Below, piece by piece: positions 10,546 through 19,482 of a DNA stretch of 64,000 nt. Location: positions 16,403-80,402 of the forward strand of contig CAZOYD010000010.1 in assembly GCA_964583985.1 (NCBI GenBank), given 5' to 3'. The number at the start of each line of letters is the position of its first letter. The first letter of the stretch is position 1. The notes beneath the pieces were generated by a model that was not told the origin of the DNA, searched no databases, and saw only the letters and a list, made by a program, of their open reading frames with translations. The DNA comes from an uncultured archaeon. GTDB taxonomy: Archaea; Asgardarchaeota; Lokiarchaeia; Sigyniarchaeales; SOKP01. The position numbers and the translations under genes were made by a program.

Positions 10546-10592
10546 TAAGATTTAACAAATTAAATTGAACTATTAAAAATTAAGGCTTACAC

Positions 10593-11330
10593 ATGAGTGA
10601 ACTTCAAACTATAAAATGTTACTTAAATCAGTTGCCTGCTACGTTTTTAAAATTATTAGGAATCGACCCTCCATTAAATACAATTGCTCCACCCGTTCAA
10701 GATATTATAAATCTATATGAAAGAGTTGATCGCATTAGCATTAATCTCATTGATAATTTTGGATTATTTGAATTAACATATCATAAGCCACAATTCCTCA
10801 TTTCTAATTCGGAAGTAATGCTTTTATTATCAACAAGGAATCCTTACACATTAGGAGTTTTGCATCAAATCATGTATGGTGGGTTTGACGTGGAACCTAA
10901 TGGGTTCCATTTACTAAAATATCTGAATGAGAATAATAAAAAATCGTGTCTTATCGGAAGACAGAAAGATATTGAAAGATATGATGGAGGAACTTATTCA
11001 ATTCCTAAAGATAGTGATATGGCAACTTGGGTTGAATCTGCAAAGACCATTAACAATTTTGAACTCTCTTGGATGCATTATCTTGATTTCGAAAACCTTC
11101 ATAAGCAACAACGATCTCTAAAACAAAGAACACCAGAAGATTTAATAGAAAAGTTAATCTTACGTACGGATAAGTGGATATTAAGTAACTATAAACAATT
11201 AAGATCTAATTCACTAATGATTATTTTAGGAGATCATGGGCGAGTTAAATTGGATTTAGAATATTCTGGTAAAATTGCGCAATGGCGAGAAGCATCCGTT
11301 CCAATTGCAATTGTAATTAGAAAAAAATGA
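10593..11330 (+). CDS. Divergent alkaline-phosphatase-superfamily protein
   Basis: LIDNFG near the N-terminus, HYLDFENLH, and IILGDHG near the C-terminus. Confidence 0.55.
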   Translation: MSELQTIKCYLNQLPATFLKLLGIDPPLNTIAPPVQDIINLYERVDRISINLIDNFGLFELTYHKPQFLISNSEVMLLLSTRNPYTLGVLHQIMYGGFDVEPNGFHLLKYLNENNKKSCLIGRQKDIERYDGGTYSIPKDSDMATWVESAKTINNFELSWMHYLDFENLHKQQRSLKQRTPEDLIEKLILRTDKWILSNYKQLRSNSLMIILGDHGRVKLDLEYSGKIAQWREASVPIAIVIRKK

Positions 11331-11408
11331 TTTTTCATTTTGGAAAATTGATTATTATTTTGATAAACTTTATTTCTATAATATTATTCAACCAATGGAA
11401 GAATAAAG

Positions 11409-11930
11409 ATGGAAGAATATAAGCGCTTTACTGTATCCCTCCCTAAAGATCTATACGATAAATTTGAGAGATTTAGGGAAAAATTGGGAATATCTCGTTC
11501 GGATGGTATCAGGAAAGCCATGCAGAGTTTAATGATTAGTGAGGAGAATATTCTTGAGACTTCGGGAAATGTAGTTGGTTGCATCACGATCATCATGGTT
11601 CATGAACATTTTCAACCAAGTTCAGAAGAACATCATCATCTTGAGAGAGATATTCATGAACATGAACAAGATCATGATCATCAGTATAGTTCTCAACCAG
11701 TTTATGCAAGTGTTCATCAAACTGATGAGATTTTAAAAAATGACATTCAACATCATTTCAATGACATCATAATTTCTACAATGCACATTCATTTAGAATT
11801 CGAAAAATGCTTAGAAATTATTGCCGTATCTGGACCCTATGATCGAGTAATTAAATTAAAAGAAGATTTGCAACGATTAAGAAGTGTATTATCTTTAGGT
11901 TTCTTTATAATTGATAAAGAGAGTCCATAA
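11409..11930 (+). CDS. nikR: Nickel-responsive regulator NikR with His-rich insertion
   Basis: N-terminal ribbon-helix-helix (RFTVSLP...SRSDGIR); ACT-like domain carrying the QHH...HIH.....C Ni-ligand pattern. Confidence 0.85.
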   Translation: MEEYKRFTVSLPKDLYDKFERFREKLGISRSDGIRKAMQSLMISEENILETSGNVVGCITIIMVHEHFQPSSEEHHHLERDIHEHEQDHDHQYSSQPVYASVHQTDEILKNDIQHHFNDIIISTMHIHLEFEKCLEIIAVSGPYDRVIKLKEDLQRLRSVLSLGFFIIDKESP

Positions 11931-12151
11931 AAGAAGAAGAAAGAATAAAAAATTCAGTTTCAAGATGTAAAAAATAAGGATAAGGCGATTTGTCGTGAAT
12001 TTTTTATTCCATTAGGTCGTTAAATGTTTTGTGTGTGTAATTAGATATTGTATTTTTAGCATAATAAATTACAACACGGTAAGAAATTTTTGGTTTTACA
12101 TCTGATATAAAATAAGCGAATATTAATTATTAAAATGGATGTGTTATTATC

Positions 12152-12531
12152 ATGAAAGATAAAAAAATTATCGCATATAAAAGCGAATGTTCCAAGAAAA
12201 TCGCCTATAATCTCAGAAAGTTACTAACTAAGGTGGTTATGCAAGAATGGAGTCGTCTAAGCGATGAACAAGAGGGTAAATCTACACTATAACATATTAG
12301 AATCGGAAATATACGTAGCGATTTGTACAGGGCTTTACACGCGTCGATTTGTATCTGTCCAGGCTGTCATCAAATCGAAAGAAACATGATGTACAATGCT
12401 TATCTGTAAGGATGGTACTGCACCTCCTGCGCTCAAGAATACCGCGAGTTCTACCACAAAAAAAAGGCAATTCTCGATAAAGGCGGGTTTTCGGCGATTT
12501 TGACGCAAAATTCCATGAATCTTTTTTATGA
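12152..12531 (+). pseudogene. Decayed Zn-finger protein gene
   Basis: One frame reads MKDKK...KSTL*HIRIG...SICICPGCHQIERNMMYNAYL*GWYCTSCAQEY... with TAA at 12290 and 12407. A probable frameshift near 12490 continues as GDFDAKFHESFL*. Confidence 0.65.
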
Positions 12532-12806
12532 CGTACATCCTCTGTTGAACTTCATTTCTTTCTTTTTTGCCTTAGAATCTTTTTAAAGGACCTCTTAATT
12601 CAAGATCATCCCCAATTATCTCGATCCTTGTCTACATCTTGTTTAAAATTAAATGAAAAAAAAATTTTTTTTCCGACCTCTTCATTATTTCGTCTTTGCT
12701 TTTTTTCTTCCCTTTAGATGCGAGAAAAAACGCACACAATTGAATCCCGAAGATCTCGGCATCCAAATATTAATTTGCGATGTGAAAAATAACGAAAAAA
12801 TTTCGT

Positions 12807-13004
12807 CTAAAGGTCTTTTTCTTGAACGGTCTTCCTGCCATTCGCTTTAGCCCGAGCAATTGCTTTATCTAGAATCTCAATGATGGCATCATTTAAACAG
12901 TTTCCATCAATTAGGTCTCCAGATGTGTTACAATCTTTTGCTTTTATATATTCTCGGATTTTGCTTTTCACGAACAAGGCATCAACCTGAGCTTTTTTAG
13001 CCAT
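12807..13004 (-). CDS. Histone-fold protein, short-alpha3 (face-to-face/bacterial-like) type
   Basis: 65 aa; LFVKSKIREYIK...TSGD...AIARAKANGRKTVQEKDL carries the histone R-K-T-x4-D motif; strong SD AAGGAGG. Confidence 0.85.
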   Translation of the reverse strand: MAKKAQVDALFVKSKIREYIKAKDCNTSGDLIDGNCLNDAIIEILDKAIARAKANGRKTVQEKDL

Positions 13005-13386
13005 TTTTTATTCCTCCTTATAGTTTGTTTAAACTAGTTTTAAAAATAAATTGTGTTTAAATTATATTTCTCCTTGCTTATATTTAAAGTTAGTTGAAAG
13101 ATCATCATAGACTGTTAATATTCTCCCCATAATCCCGTTTTTTGATCCATGTTTCAAAAATCAAGAGGATTGAGCTTTTTACACCTTGATTAAAAATAAT
13201 GGAGATTTTAAAGTGTAAAAAGGATAGCGAGTGCATTATATTACCTACATTAAGTAATTTTAGTCTTTATAATGAGAAATCCCTTTTAAGACGAGAATTT
13301 ATTATTTTAATTTTGATGTTAAAATCTGTGATAAAAACATAAAATTTTTTTAATTCTCAATAATGGAGATAAATTAGGAGGAAAAA

Positions 13387-14379
13387 ATGAAGAAAGTTGT
13401 ATATTCCAGAGCTCCCGTAAGGATCTGTGATATAGGGGGATGGACAGATACATGGTTCTATCCAAAAGGTGTAGTTTTTAATATTGCGGTCGATCTTTTT
13501 ACTTATCTTCGAGTTTGCGAAAATTCTAGCAATAATATTTGCATTACATCTGAAAATCTTGAAATAGAAACTAAATTCAATGTTAATAATATTATTTATG
13601 ATGGAAAATTAGACCTTCTAAAGGCAGTTATTAACAAGATGGGTATTGACAAGGGTATCGATATCCTTGTAAGATCTGATGTACCTCCTGGGTGTGGAAC
13701 CGGAACTAGTGCAAGCGTAGCCGTGGCACTAATAAGTGCTTTAGCTCATCTTCAAGGAGAAGAAAAAGATCCTTTACAAATTGCTAATTTAGCACATCAG
13801 ATTGAAACAGACGAGTTGAAATTAGAAAGTGGCGTTCAAGATCAGTATGCTGCAGCGAAAGGGGGGATAAATTTTATGGAAATAGATTATCCTTCTGTAA
13901 AATTAACACCGATAACTGTTTCTAAAAGAAGAATGTATGAATATGAAAACCAATTAATCTTGATCTATTTTGGTTCTCGAAGTTCAAGTGAGATGCATAA
14001 AGCAGTAATTAAAAAATTTAAGCAAAAAGATGAAAAAGTGATTAAAGCATTTGATACAATCAAAAATTGTGCGCTAAAAATGAAAAATAGTGCTAAATTG
14101 ACATTGGAGGAAATTGGAGCCATTTTAAATACAAATTGGAGTGCTCAAAAGCAATTACATCCTTTGATGACAAATTCGTCTATAGAAAAAGCAGAAAAGA
14201 TAGCACGAGATAAAGGAGCTTTAGGATTTAAATGTAATGGGGCAGGAGGAGGAGGATCCGCTACGATTTTAGCAAAACCTGAAGGAGTATATTCATTAAT
14301 GAAAGAATACACTCGAAATGGATATACAGTATTAAAAATTAAGTTAAATTTTGAAGGCGTCTACAGTTTTACGCTTTAA
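13387..14379 (+). CDS. GHMP kinase, HddA-like sugar-phosphate kinase
   Basis: RAPVRICDIGGWTD, PPGCGTGTSAS, GVQDQY and GAGGGG motifs. Confidence 0.85.
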   Translation: MKKVVYSRAPVRICDIGGWTDTWFYPKGVVFNIAVDLFTYLRVCENSSNNICITSENLEIETKFNVNNIIYDGKLDLLKAVINKMGIDKGIDILVRSDVPPGCGTGTSASVAVALISALAHLQGEEKDPLQIANLAHQIETDELKLESGVQDQYAAAKGGINFMEIDYPSVKLTPITVSKRRMYEYENQLILIYFGSRSSSEMHKAVIKKFKQKDEKVIKAFDTIKNCALKMKNSAKLTLEEIGAILNTNWSAQKQLHPLMTNSSIEKAEKIARDKGALGFKCNGAGGGGSATILAKPEGVYSLMKEYTRNGYTVLKIKLNFEGVYSFTL

Positions 14380-14424
14380 AAAGTGATGTGTTTGGTTTTT
14401 ATAGTCAATTATTTAAAGAATGGT

Positions 14425-15234
14425 ATGACTATTCCAGATGATTCAATTATCATCTCAAAAATAAAACGATTTCCTGAAAAGTTAAACTTTCACCAGTTGC
14501 TCATCTTTAACAAGTCAGGCATTTGTATATATAAATTAAATATTTCAGATTCTTTTCCAATTCAAGAAGAACAATTGATTTCTTCCTATTTTACTGCATT
14601 AATGTCATTTACCAAGGAATTAGTAGGTAATAGAATAAAAGCATTAGAAATGGGAGGAAATCTCAAACTCGTTGTATTTGATAGAAAAAATTTATATTAT
14701 GTCCTTTTATGCGATTCAATAGAAAATATATCTCTTATAAAAGAATTAATTTCTTGTATCCACAAGGAATTTCTTCATTATGTATCTAAAAATGAAATTA
14801 GAACAGATTTAGAATATATTAGTGATTCAATCTTAGATCTTACATTGAAAGATGTATTCGATAGGGTTTTAGGAAAAATTTTTGATACAGATAAAGAAGA
14901 ATCGATTTTGAATTATTTAAAAGATCTTAGATTAAATGATGATATTAATGGAGTTATATTCTTAACTGATCTAGGGCATGTGATATATTCCTCGCTAAAA
15001 AACCCTAAATTACGTAAATTTCTTAAAGAAGTCGAATTTCGAGTTAAAATCTGTAATAATTCTATTATTAAACTTTTTTATACTTCTAAGGATAATGAAC
15101 TTATCTATTCAGAATACATCAAAGATAAGTATTTGATCATCTTGATTTTTGATTCCAAAATTAAATTCGGTATAGCAGAATACTATTTACAGAAGGTTTT
15201 AAGGAAGATTTCATTACTTTTAGAGAATACTTAA
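14425..15234 (+). CDS. Longin/roadblock-like two-domain protein
   Basis: LLIFNKSGICIY...QLISSYFTALMSFTKEL (longin-like) followed by INGVIFLTDLGHVIYS (roadblock-like); likely start ATG 14425. Confidence 0.65.
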   Translation: MTIPDDSIIISKIKRFPEKLNFHQLLIFNKSGICIYKLNISDSFPIQEEQLISSYFTALMSFTKELVGNRIKALEMGGNLKLVVFDRKNLYYVLLCDSIENISLIKELISCIHKEFLHYVSKNEIRTDLEYISDSILDLTLKDVFDRVLGKIFDTDKEESILNYLKDLRLNDDINGVIFLTDLGHVIYSSLKNPKLRKFLKEVEFRVKICNNSIIKLFYTSKDNELIYSEYIKDKYLIILIFDSKIKFGIAEYYLQKVLRKISLLLENT

Positions 15235-15357
15235 TTACCACTTTGATGAAATTCTTTGTTTTGAACTTTTTATATTGAAATTTATATAATATAAAATACA
15301 AATTGAAATAAGTAAAATCATAAATCAACATAATAACTTATAAAATGAAAGAGATAA

Positions 15358-15861
15358 ATGACAAAATCAGAAGAAGGATTAAAAACCGCATTTGCGGGCG
15401 AATCTCAAGCCAATAGAAAATATTTAGCTTTTGCTAATCAAGCAGAAAAAGATGGTCTTCCAGGAATAGCACATTTATTTCGTGCTGCTGCTGCTGCTGA
15501 AACCGTACACGCACATAACCATTTAAGAACGTTAGGAGGCATTAAAAATACTAAGGAAAATTTAAAAGAAGCGATTGGGGGGGAATTTTATGAATTTACC
15601 TCAATGTATCCAGAATTCATCGGATACGCAAAAGATGAGTCGAATGCTGCTGCTGAGAGAACATTTAATTATGCTAACGAAGTTGAGAAAATTCACCACG
15701 AGCTATACAAAAAAGCATTAAATGCAGTAGAAAACGGAAAAGACCTCAAAGATACAAGTATTTATGTCTGCTCTGTTTGTGGATACACTCACGAAGGAGA
15801 AGCCCCAGATAAATGTCCCGTTTGTGGTGCTGTAAAAAAAGCGTTTAATAAGATTGATTAG
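15358..15861 (+). CDS. rbr: Rubrerythrin
   Basis: AFAGESQA, ETVHA and EKIHH di-iron ligands; C-terminal rubredoxin CSVCG...CPVCG. Confidence 0.95.
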   Translation: MTKSEEGLKTAFAGESQANRKYLAFANQAEKDGLPGIAHLFRAAAAAETVHAHNHLRTLGGIKNTKENLKEAIGGEFYEFTSMYPEFIGYAKDESNAAAERTFNYANEVEKIHHELYKKALNAVENGKDLKDTSIYVCSVCGYTHEGEAPDKCPVCGAVKKAFNKID

Positions 15862-15874
15862 AATTTCTTTTTTT

Positions 15875-17446
15875 TTAAATTATCCAAGGTTTATATCCCG
15901 ATTTAACTTTATTTAGATAATCATCAATAGAAATGTCACATTCTTTTTCAGCTCTTCTTAATGAACCCATATTTGCACCATTTTCATAATATCTGATTAA
16001 TAGATTTGAGATTTGATCATCCCCTAATGAAATAAGTGTTTGCAATTGAGCTTGTTTGATTAATGCGTTAAAGTTTTTAAATTTTAAGTTAATTGAAGGA
16101 ATATCTTTTAGTCCCTTTTGGAGTATTTTAAATTTTTCTTTTAAGAGAGGTAAATTTTCTCTTAAATAAGTAGTACATTCTTTTTCATAAGGGGTGTTAA
16201 ATTTAGGAATGAAAGGGTTCACATTTACCTTTAATGAATGTTTTTGAAATCCTAATTCATCAATCTTTTTAAGAAGTTGTATAATTTCTCTTACATCGTC
16301 GTCAGTTTCTTCAGGTAAACCAATCAAAAAGTAAAATTTAATCCCTCTTATTTTAGATTTCTTAACTTGTTCAATAATTTGAAATAATAAAGTATTTGAT
16401 ATATTTTTACCAACCGATTTCCTAAGTATTTCTGTTCCTGCTTCAGGAGCAATAGTAATTGTTTTTATGTTTCCCTTTTCGAATAAACTAATTAATTTAG
16501 GTGTTATATGATCTATTCTTATTGAAGGAACGCTGAAATCCTTTCCTGTGGCAATTATGCGCTCACAAATTTCATAAAAGTTGGGGTGAGATGATACACA
16601 TGACCCAATTAAACTAAATTTTTCAAAATTCCTGAAATTCGCGCTCTTGTTGATACATTCTACTATGCTTTCATAACTTCTATTTCTAAATGGTCGATTA
16701 TGAAAGGAAGAAATGCAAAATTTACAGTGATAAGGACATCCTCTATTTACCTCAATAAAAAAATACGACCCAAGAATTTCATCTTTATTGTTTATATCTT
16801 GCAATAAAAACTGTTTCTCAGGAATCTTTGATTCATCAAGATTTTTTAATATCACCCTTTTAACTTGATTTTTTAAAACGGGTACATATAAACCTTCAAT
16901 CTTGCTACATTCAATTAGGAAATTATGATAATCAGCCTTGCTTTTTTTATACTTATCATACAAGGAGAGAAAAATTCCCAAATTAGGCTCAGCATCACCG
17001 ATAAACATGATATCGAAAATATTACTGAAAGGTAAAGGATTAGAAGTTATGACAGGACCACCAGCAATTATCAAGGGATGATCTTGCTCTTCAAATTTAG
17101 CTCGATTCCATCTTTCAGAATTTAATAATGGAATTTTTGCCTTGTCTAAAATCCATAGTATGTTCCTAAAATCATTTTCAAAATGGATAGAAACCCCCAA
17201 AATATCAAATTGATTGGGTAAATATCCAGTTTCAAGACCCTTGATACAATTAATGGGTTTAAGATCTTCTATTGCTGGAAATTTAATTCCCTTAGGTAAA
17301 TGTATTCTATCACATAACACATTATTATATGAATTGAGATAACTATATAGGAAACGTATTGTATAAGATGAGAGCATTATATTTAATTGATTTGGATATA
17401 TCAATCCAAAAGAAGTCAAATTTTCGTTATGACCCTTCAATATCAT
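15875..17446 (-). CDS. Radical SAM protein with B12-binding-like N-terminal domain
   Basis: IEVNRGCPYHCKFC (CxxxCxxC), IIAGGP, TIAPEAG and YFLIGLP motifs. Confidence 0.85.
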   Translation of the reverse strand: MILKGHNENLTSFGLIYPNQLNIMLSSYTIRFLYSYLNSYNNVLCDRIHLPKGIKFPAIEDLKPINCIKGLETGYLPNQFDILGVSIHFENDFRNILWILDKAKIPLLNSERWNRAKFEEQDHPLIIAGGPVITSNPLPFSNIFDIMFIGDAEPNLGIFLSLYDKYKKSKADYHNFLIECSKIEGLYVPVLKNQVKRVILKNLDESKIPEKQFLLQDINNKDEILGSYFFIEVNRGCPYHCKFCISSFHNRPFRNRSYESIVECINKSANFRNFEKFSLIGSCVSSHPNFYEICERIIATGKDFSVPSIRIDHITPKLISLFEKGNIKTITIAPEAGTEILRKSVGKNISNTLLFQIIEQVKKSKIRGIKFYFLIGLPEETDDDVREIIQLLKKIDELGFQKHSLKVNVNPFIPKFNTPYEKECTTYLRENLPLLKEKFKILQKGLKDIPSINLKFKNFNALIKQAQLQTLISLGDDQISNLLIRYYENGANMGSLRRAEKECDISIDDYLNKVKSGYKPWII

Positions 17447-18258
17447 TTTCCTTTCATTAATAGGTTCTTAGTGTCCAAAATCTGTTTAACTTGCTCCACA
17501 ATTAATGGTAGAATTATTCCCGTTTTATGTTGAATTACAACCTCAGCCCGGGCATCTAAATGCGTGGGTTGATCATTTACAATGATTAATTTCCCTTTAT
17601 CTCTTAATGTATAAAGCGGGAGATCACAAACAGGAGCCACTTCGAGGGAAGATCCCGCTATAAGCATGACATCTGCTTTTTGAGATAAAGCTTGCGATTG
17701 ATAAATTTCAAACTTAGGTAAACTTTCACCAAATAAAGTAACAGAAGGTTTCAATGGAGCAGAGCACACATCACATTGAGGGGGATAATGTTTTTCCTTT
17801 TTTAATTTTCTCAATACTTGATCCTTTGTATAAGAAGCACCACACCCAAAACAATCAAACCGATTAATATTACCATGAACTTCATAGACTAAAATAGAAC
17901 CTGCTTTTTGATGAAGCTCGTCAATATTTTGAGTGATAACTCCTTTAATTATATTCATTTTCTCAAGCTCAGCTAAAGCTATATGTCCCCTATTTGGTTT
18001 CGCTTTAAATAATGTAGGAGCTATTTTTTCAGCCATTTCCCAGAATTTTGTTGGATCCTTTATGAAAGCCTGGATGTTGCCATAAATCTCAACCTTATAC
18101 TTCTCCCATATACCACCTTCACCTCGAAAGTCCGGTATTCCAGACTCTGTGGAAATGCCTGCACCTGTTAGGGCAATTGCGCTTTTAGAGTTTGCCAGAA
18201 GTTCAGCAGCTTGCTGAATTTTCTTCTTTTCAATAATTCTCATCACTTTCATTAGCAT
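17443..18258 (-). CDS. cobB: NAD-dependent protein deacylase (Sir2 family)
   Basis: GAGISTESGIPDFRG, TQNIDELHQKAG, EVHG, Zn CxxC...CxxC and GSSL motifs. Confidence 0.93.
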   Translation of the reverse strand: MLMKVMRIIEKKKIQQAAELLANSKSAIALTGAGISTESGIPDFRGEGGIWEKYKVEIYGNIQAFIKDPTKFWEMAEKIAPTLFKAKPNRGHIALAELEKMNIIKGVITQNIDELHQKAGSILVYEVHGNINRFDCFGCGASYTKDQVLRKLKKEKHYPPQCDVCSAPLKPSVTLFGESLPKFEIYQSQALSQKADVMLIAGSSLEVAPVCDLPLYTLRDKGKLIIVNDQPTHLDARAEVVIQHKTGIILPLIVEQVKQILDTKNLLMKGK

Positions 18259-18563
18259 GACCTCATTTTTCCAATTTTAACATGGATTTAAAATGAATAA
18301 ATTAACATCTAGACTTAAAACGTGTAATTGTTGATTCAATTATATTTCAATATTCCCGTTATACAAATATTTTTAATATATTGTTGAAAATTATAAAAAG
18401 TTAATTATTAGGAAAAAAAATATGTAAGACTTTTCATGGAAATTTAGTATTATACTATGTCCCGTAATATGTTTAGTTTCAAAAATCATTAATATATTCA
18501 TTAATTCCTTATTTTCAATGGGATAGCTTTTTTTTTTAAAAACCATATTTTCTGCGCATTTTT

Positions 18564-19451
18564 ATGATTACCGGTTTCGCAATAATTTTGAATGAGGAAA
18601 TATTGTACGTTTCTAATGAAAATAAATATGCTTTCTTTGAAATAGTGCTATTTATTGAGAAATTAATTAAAAGCATAAATCCAAAAAATTATTGGCGCTT
18701 GAAGAACATATTTTTCGAAAATGAGAAGGGCAAAGAGCGTATGATTATTAAACATCTCATAACAGAAAAAAATGAAAACTTATTTTACTGCATTACCGGT
18801 GAATTTATTTCTGGTTCAGAAGAAGCAAATAGAATGCTTGACGAATATATTGAAAAAGTTAGCGCTAATTATCCTAATGTAGACGCAATTGAAAGAGCTT
18901 CAAGTAAACCTGAATTCTCTAAAATAATAAAGCTGATTACTGCTTATCTTTGGAATAAATATCGTGATTCTATCGCAGAAGAAGAATTGACAAGTAGTTG
19001 TCTTACTAATAATAATAAAATCTTGTACTGTGGTATTTCTACCCAAGGATTACCTATTATTTCAAAATTATATGATGACTCTCTTTTAGAAAATATTAAA
19101 AGAGACGCGTCAAAAGAAAATATCGATATCTTTACTTCAAACTTATCAGCTAAATTAGCTACAATTACAATGAATACTCAAATAAGAGCAAAAAGTTATA
19201 TTAAAGAAATCCATTTCGACGATTTGGAAAATGAGGGATGCATGAAATTAATTTTATATGGTAAAATTAATAGTTTTTCATTAGATCTTATCGCTTCTGG
19301 AAATTTATTTAGAATTAAAGATATTTTTAGCCAATTGGAATCAAAGATTGCTAAAGAGGAAGTTTTACTTAATGAGTTCGATGGAGATCTTAAACCTTAT
19401 CGAGCACTTACATCTTATCTAGATGAAATAATACATGAGTTTGATCATTAA
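18564..19451 (+). CDS. Hypothetical protein, possible tandem longin-like domains
   Basis: Two beta-beta-alpha-beta3-alpha segments (MITGFAIILNEEILY...; ILYCGISTQGLPII...). Confidence 0.6.
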   Translation: MITGFAIILNEEILYVSNENKYAFFEIVLFIEKLIKSINPKNYWRLKNIFFENEKGKERMIIKHLITEKNENLFYCITGEFISGSEEANRMLDEYIEKVSANYPNVDAIERASSKPEFSKIIKLITAYLWNKYRDSIAEEELTSSCLTNNNKILYCGISTQGLPIISKLYDDSLLENIKRDASKENIDIFTSNLSAKLATITMNTQIRAKSYIKEIHFDDLENEGCMKLILYGKINSFSLDLIASGNLFRIKDIFSQLESKIAKEEVLLNEFDGDLKPYRALTSYLDEIIHEFDH

Positions 19452-19482
19452 TTTATAATATTATGCTTTTTTAGAGATATTT

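Noticed and set aside
10469-10570. CRISPR array (ATTGAAA resembles repeat 3' ends)
   Set aside because: Units are only 11 nt with irregular 15-28 nt spacing, no spacer-sized unique sequences and no cas genes
12290-12409. Stop-codon recoding (TAA read-through) in the Zn-finger gene
   Set aside because: TAA terminates many intact genes in this window and a frameshift is also needed, so decay is the simpler explanation
12792-12806. Homolog of the metazoan histone mRNA 3' stem-loop
   Set aside because: It shares only stem length; the sequence does not match the GGYYYU-UUYH-ARRRCC consensus
12335-12850. ORFs 12335..12538 (-) and 12653..12850 (+)
   Set aside because: They are antisense shadows of the Zn-finger pseudogene and of the histone 3' region, with no protein-like features
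12807-18258. Functional histone-sirtuin chromatin module
   Set aside because: The genes are 4.4 kb apart with unrelated genes between; the sirtuin is coupled to the radical SAM gene instead
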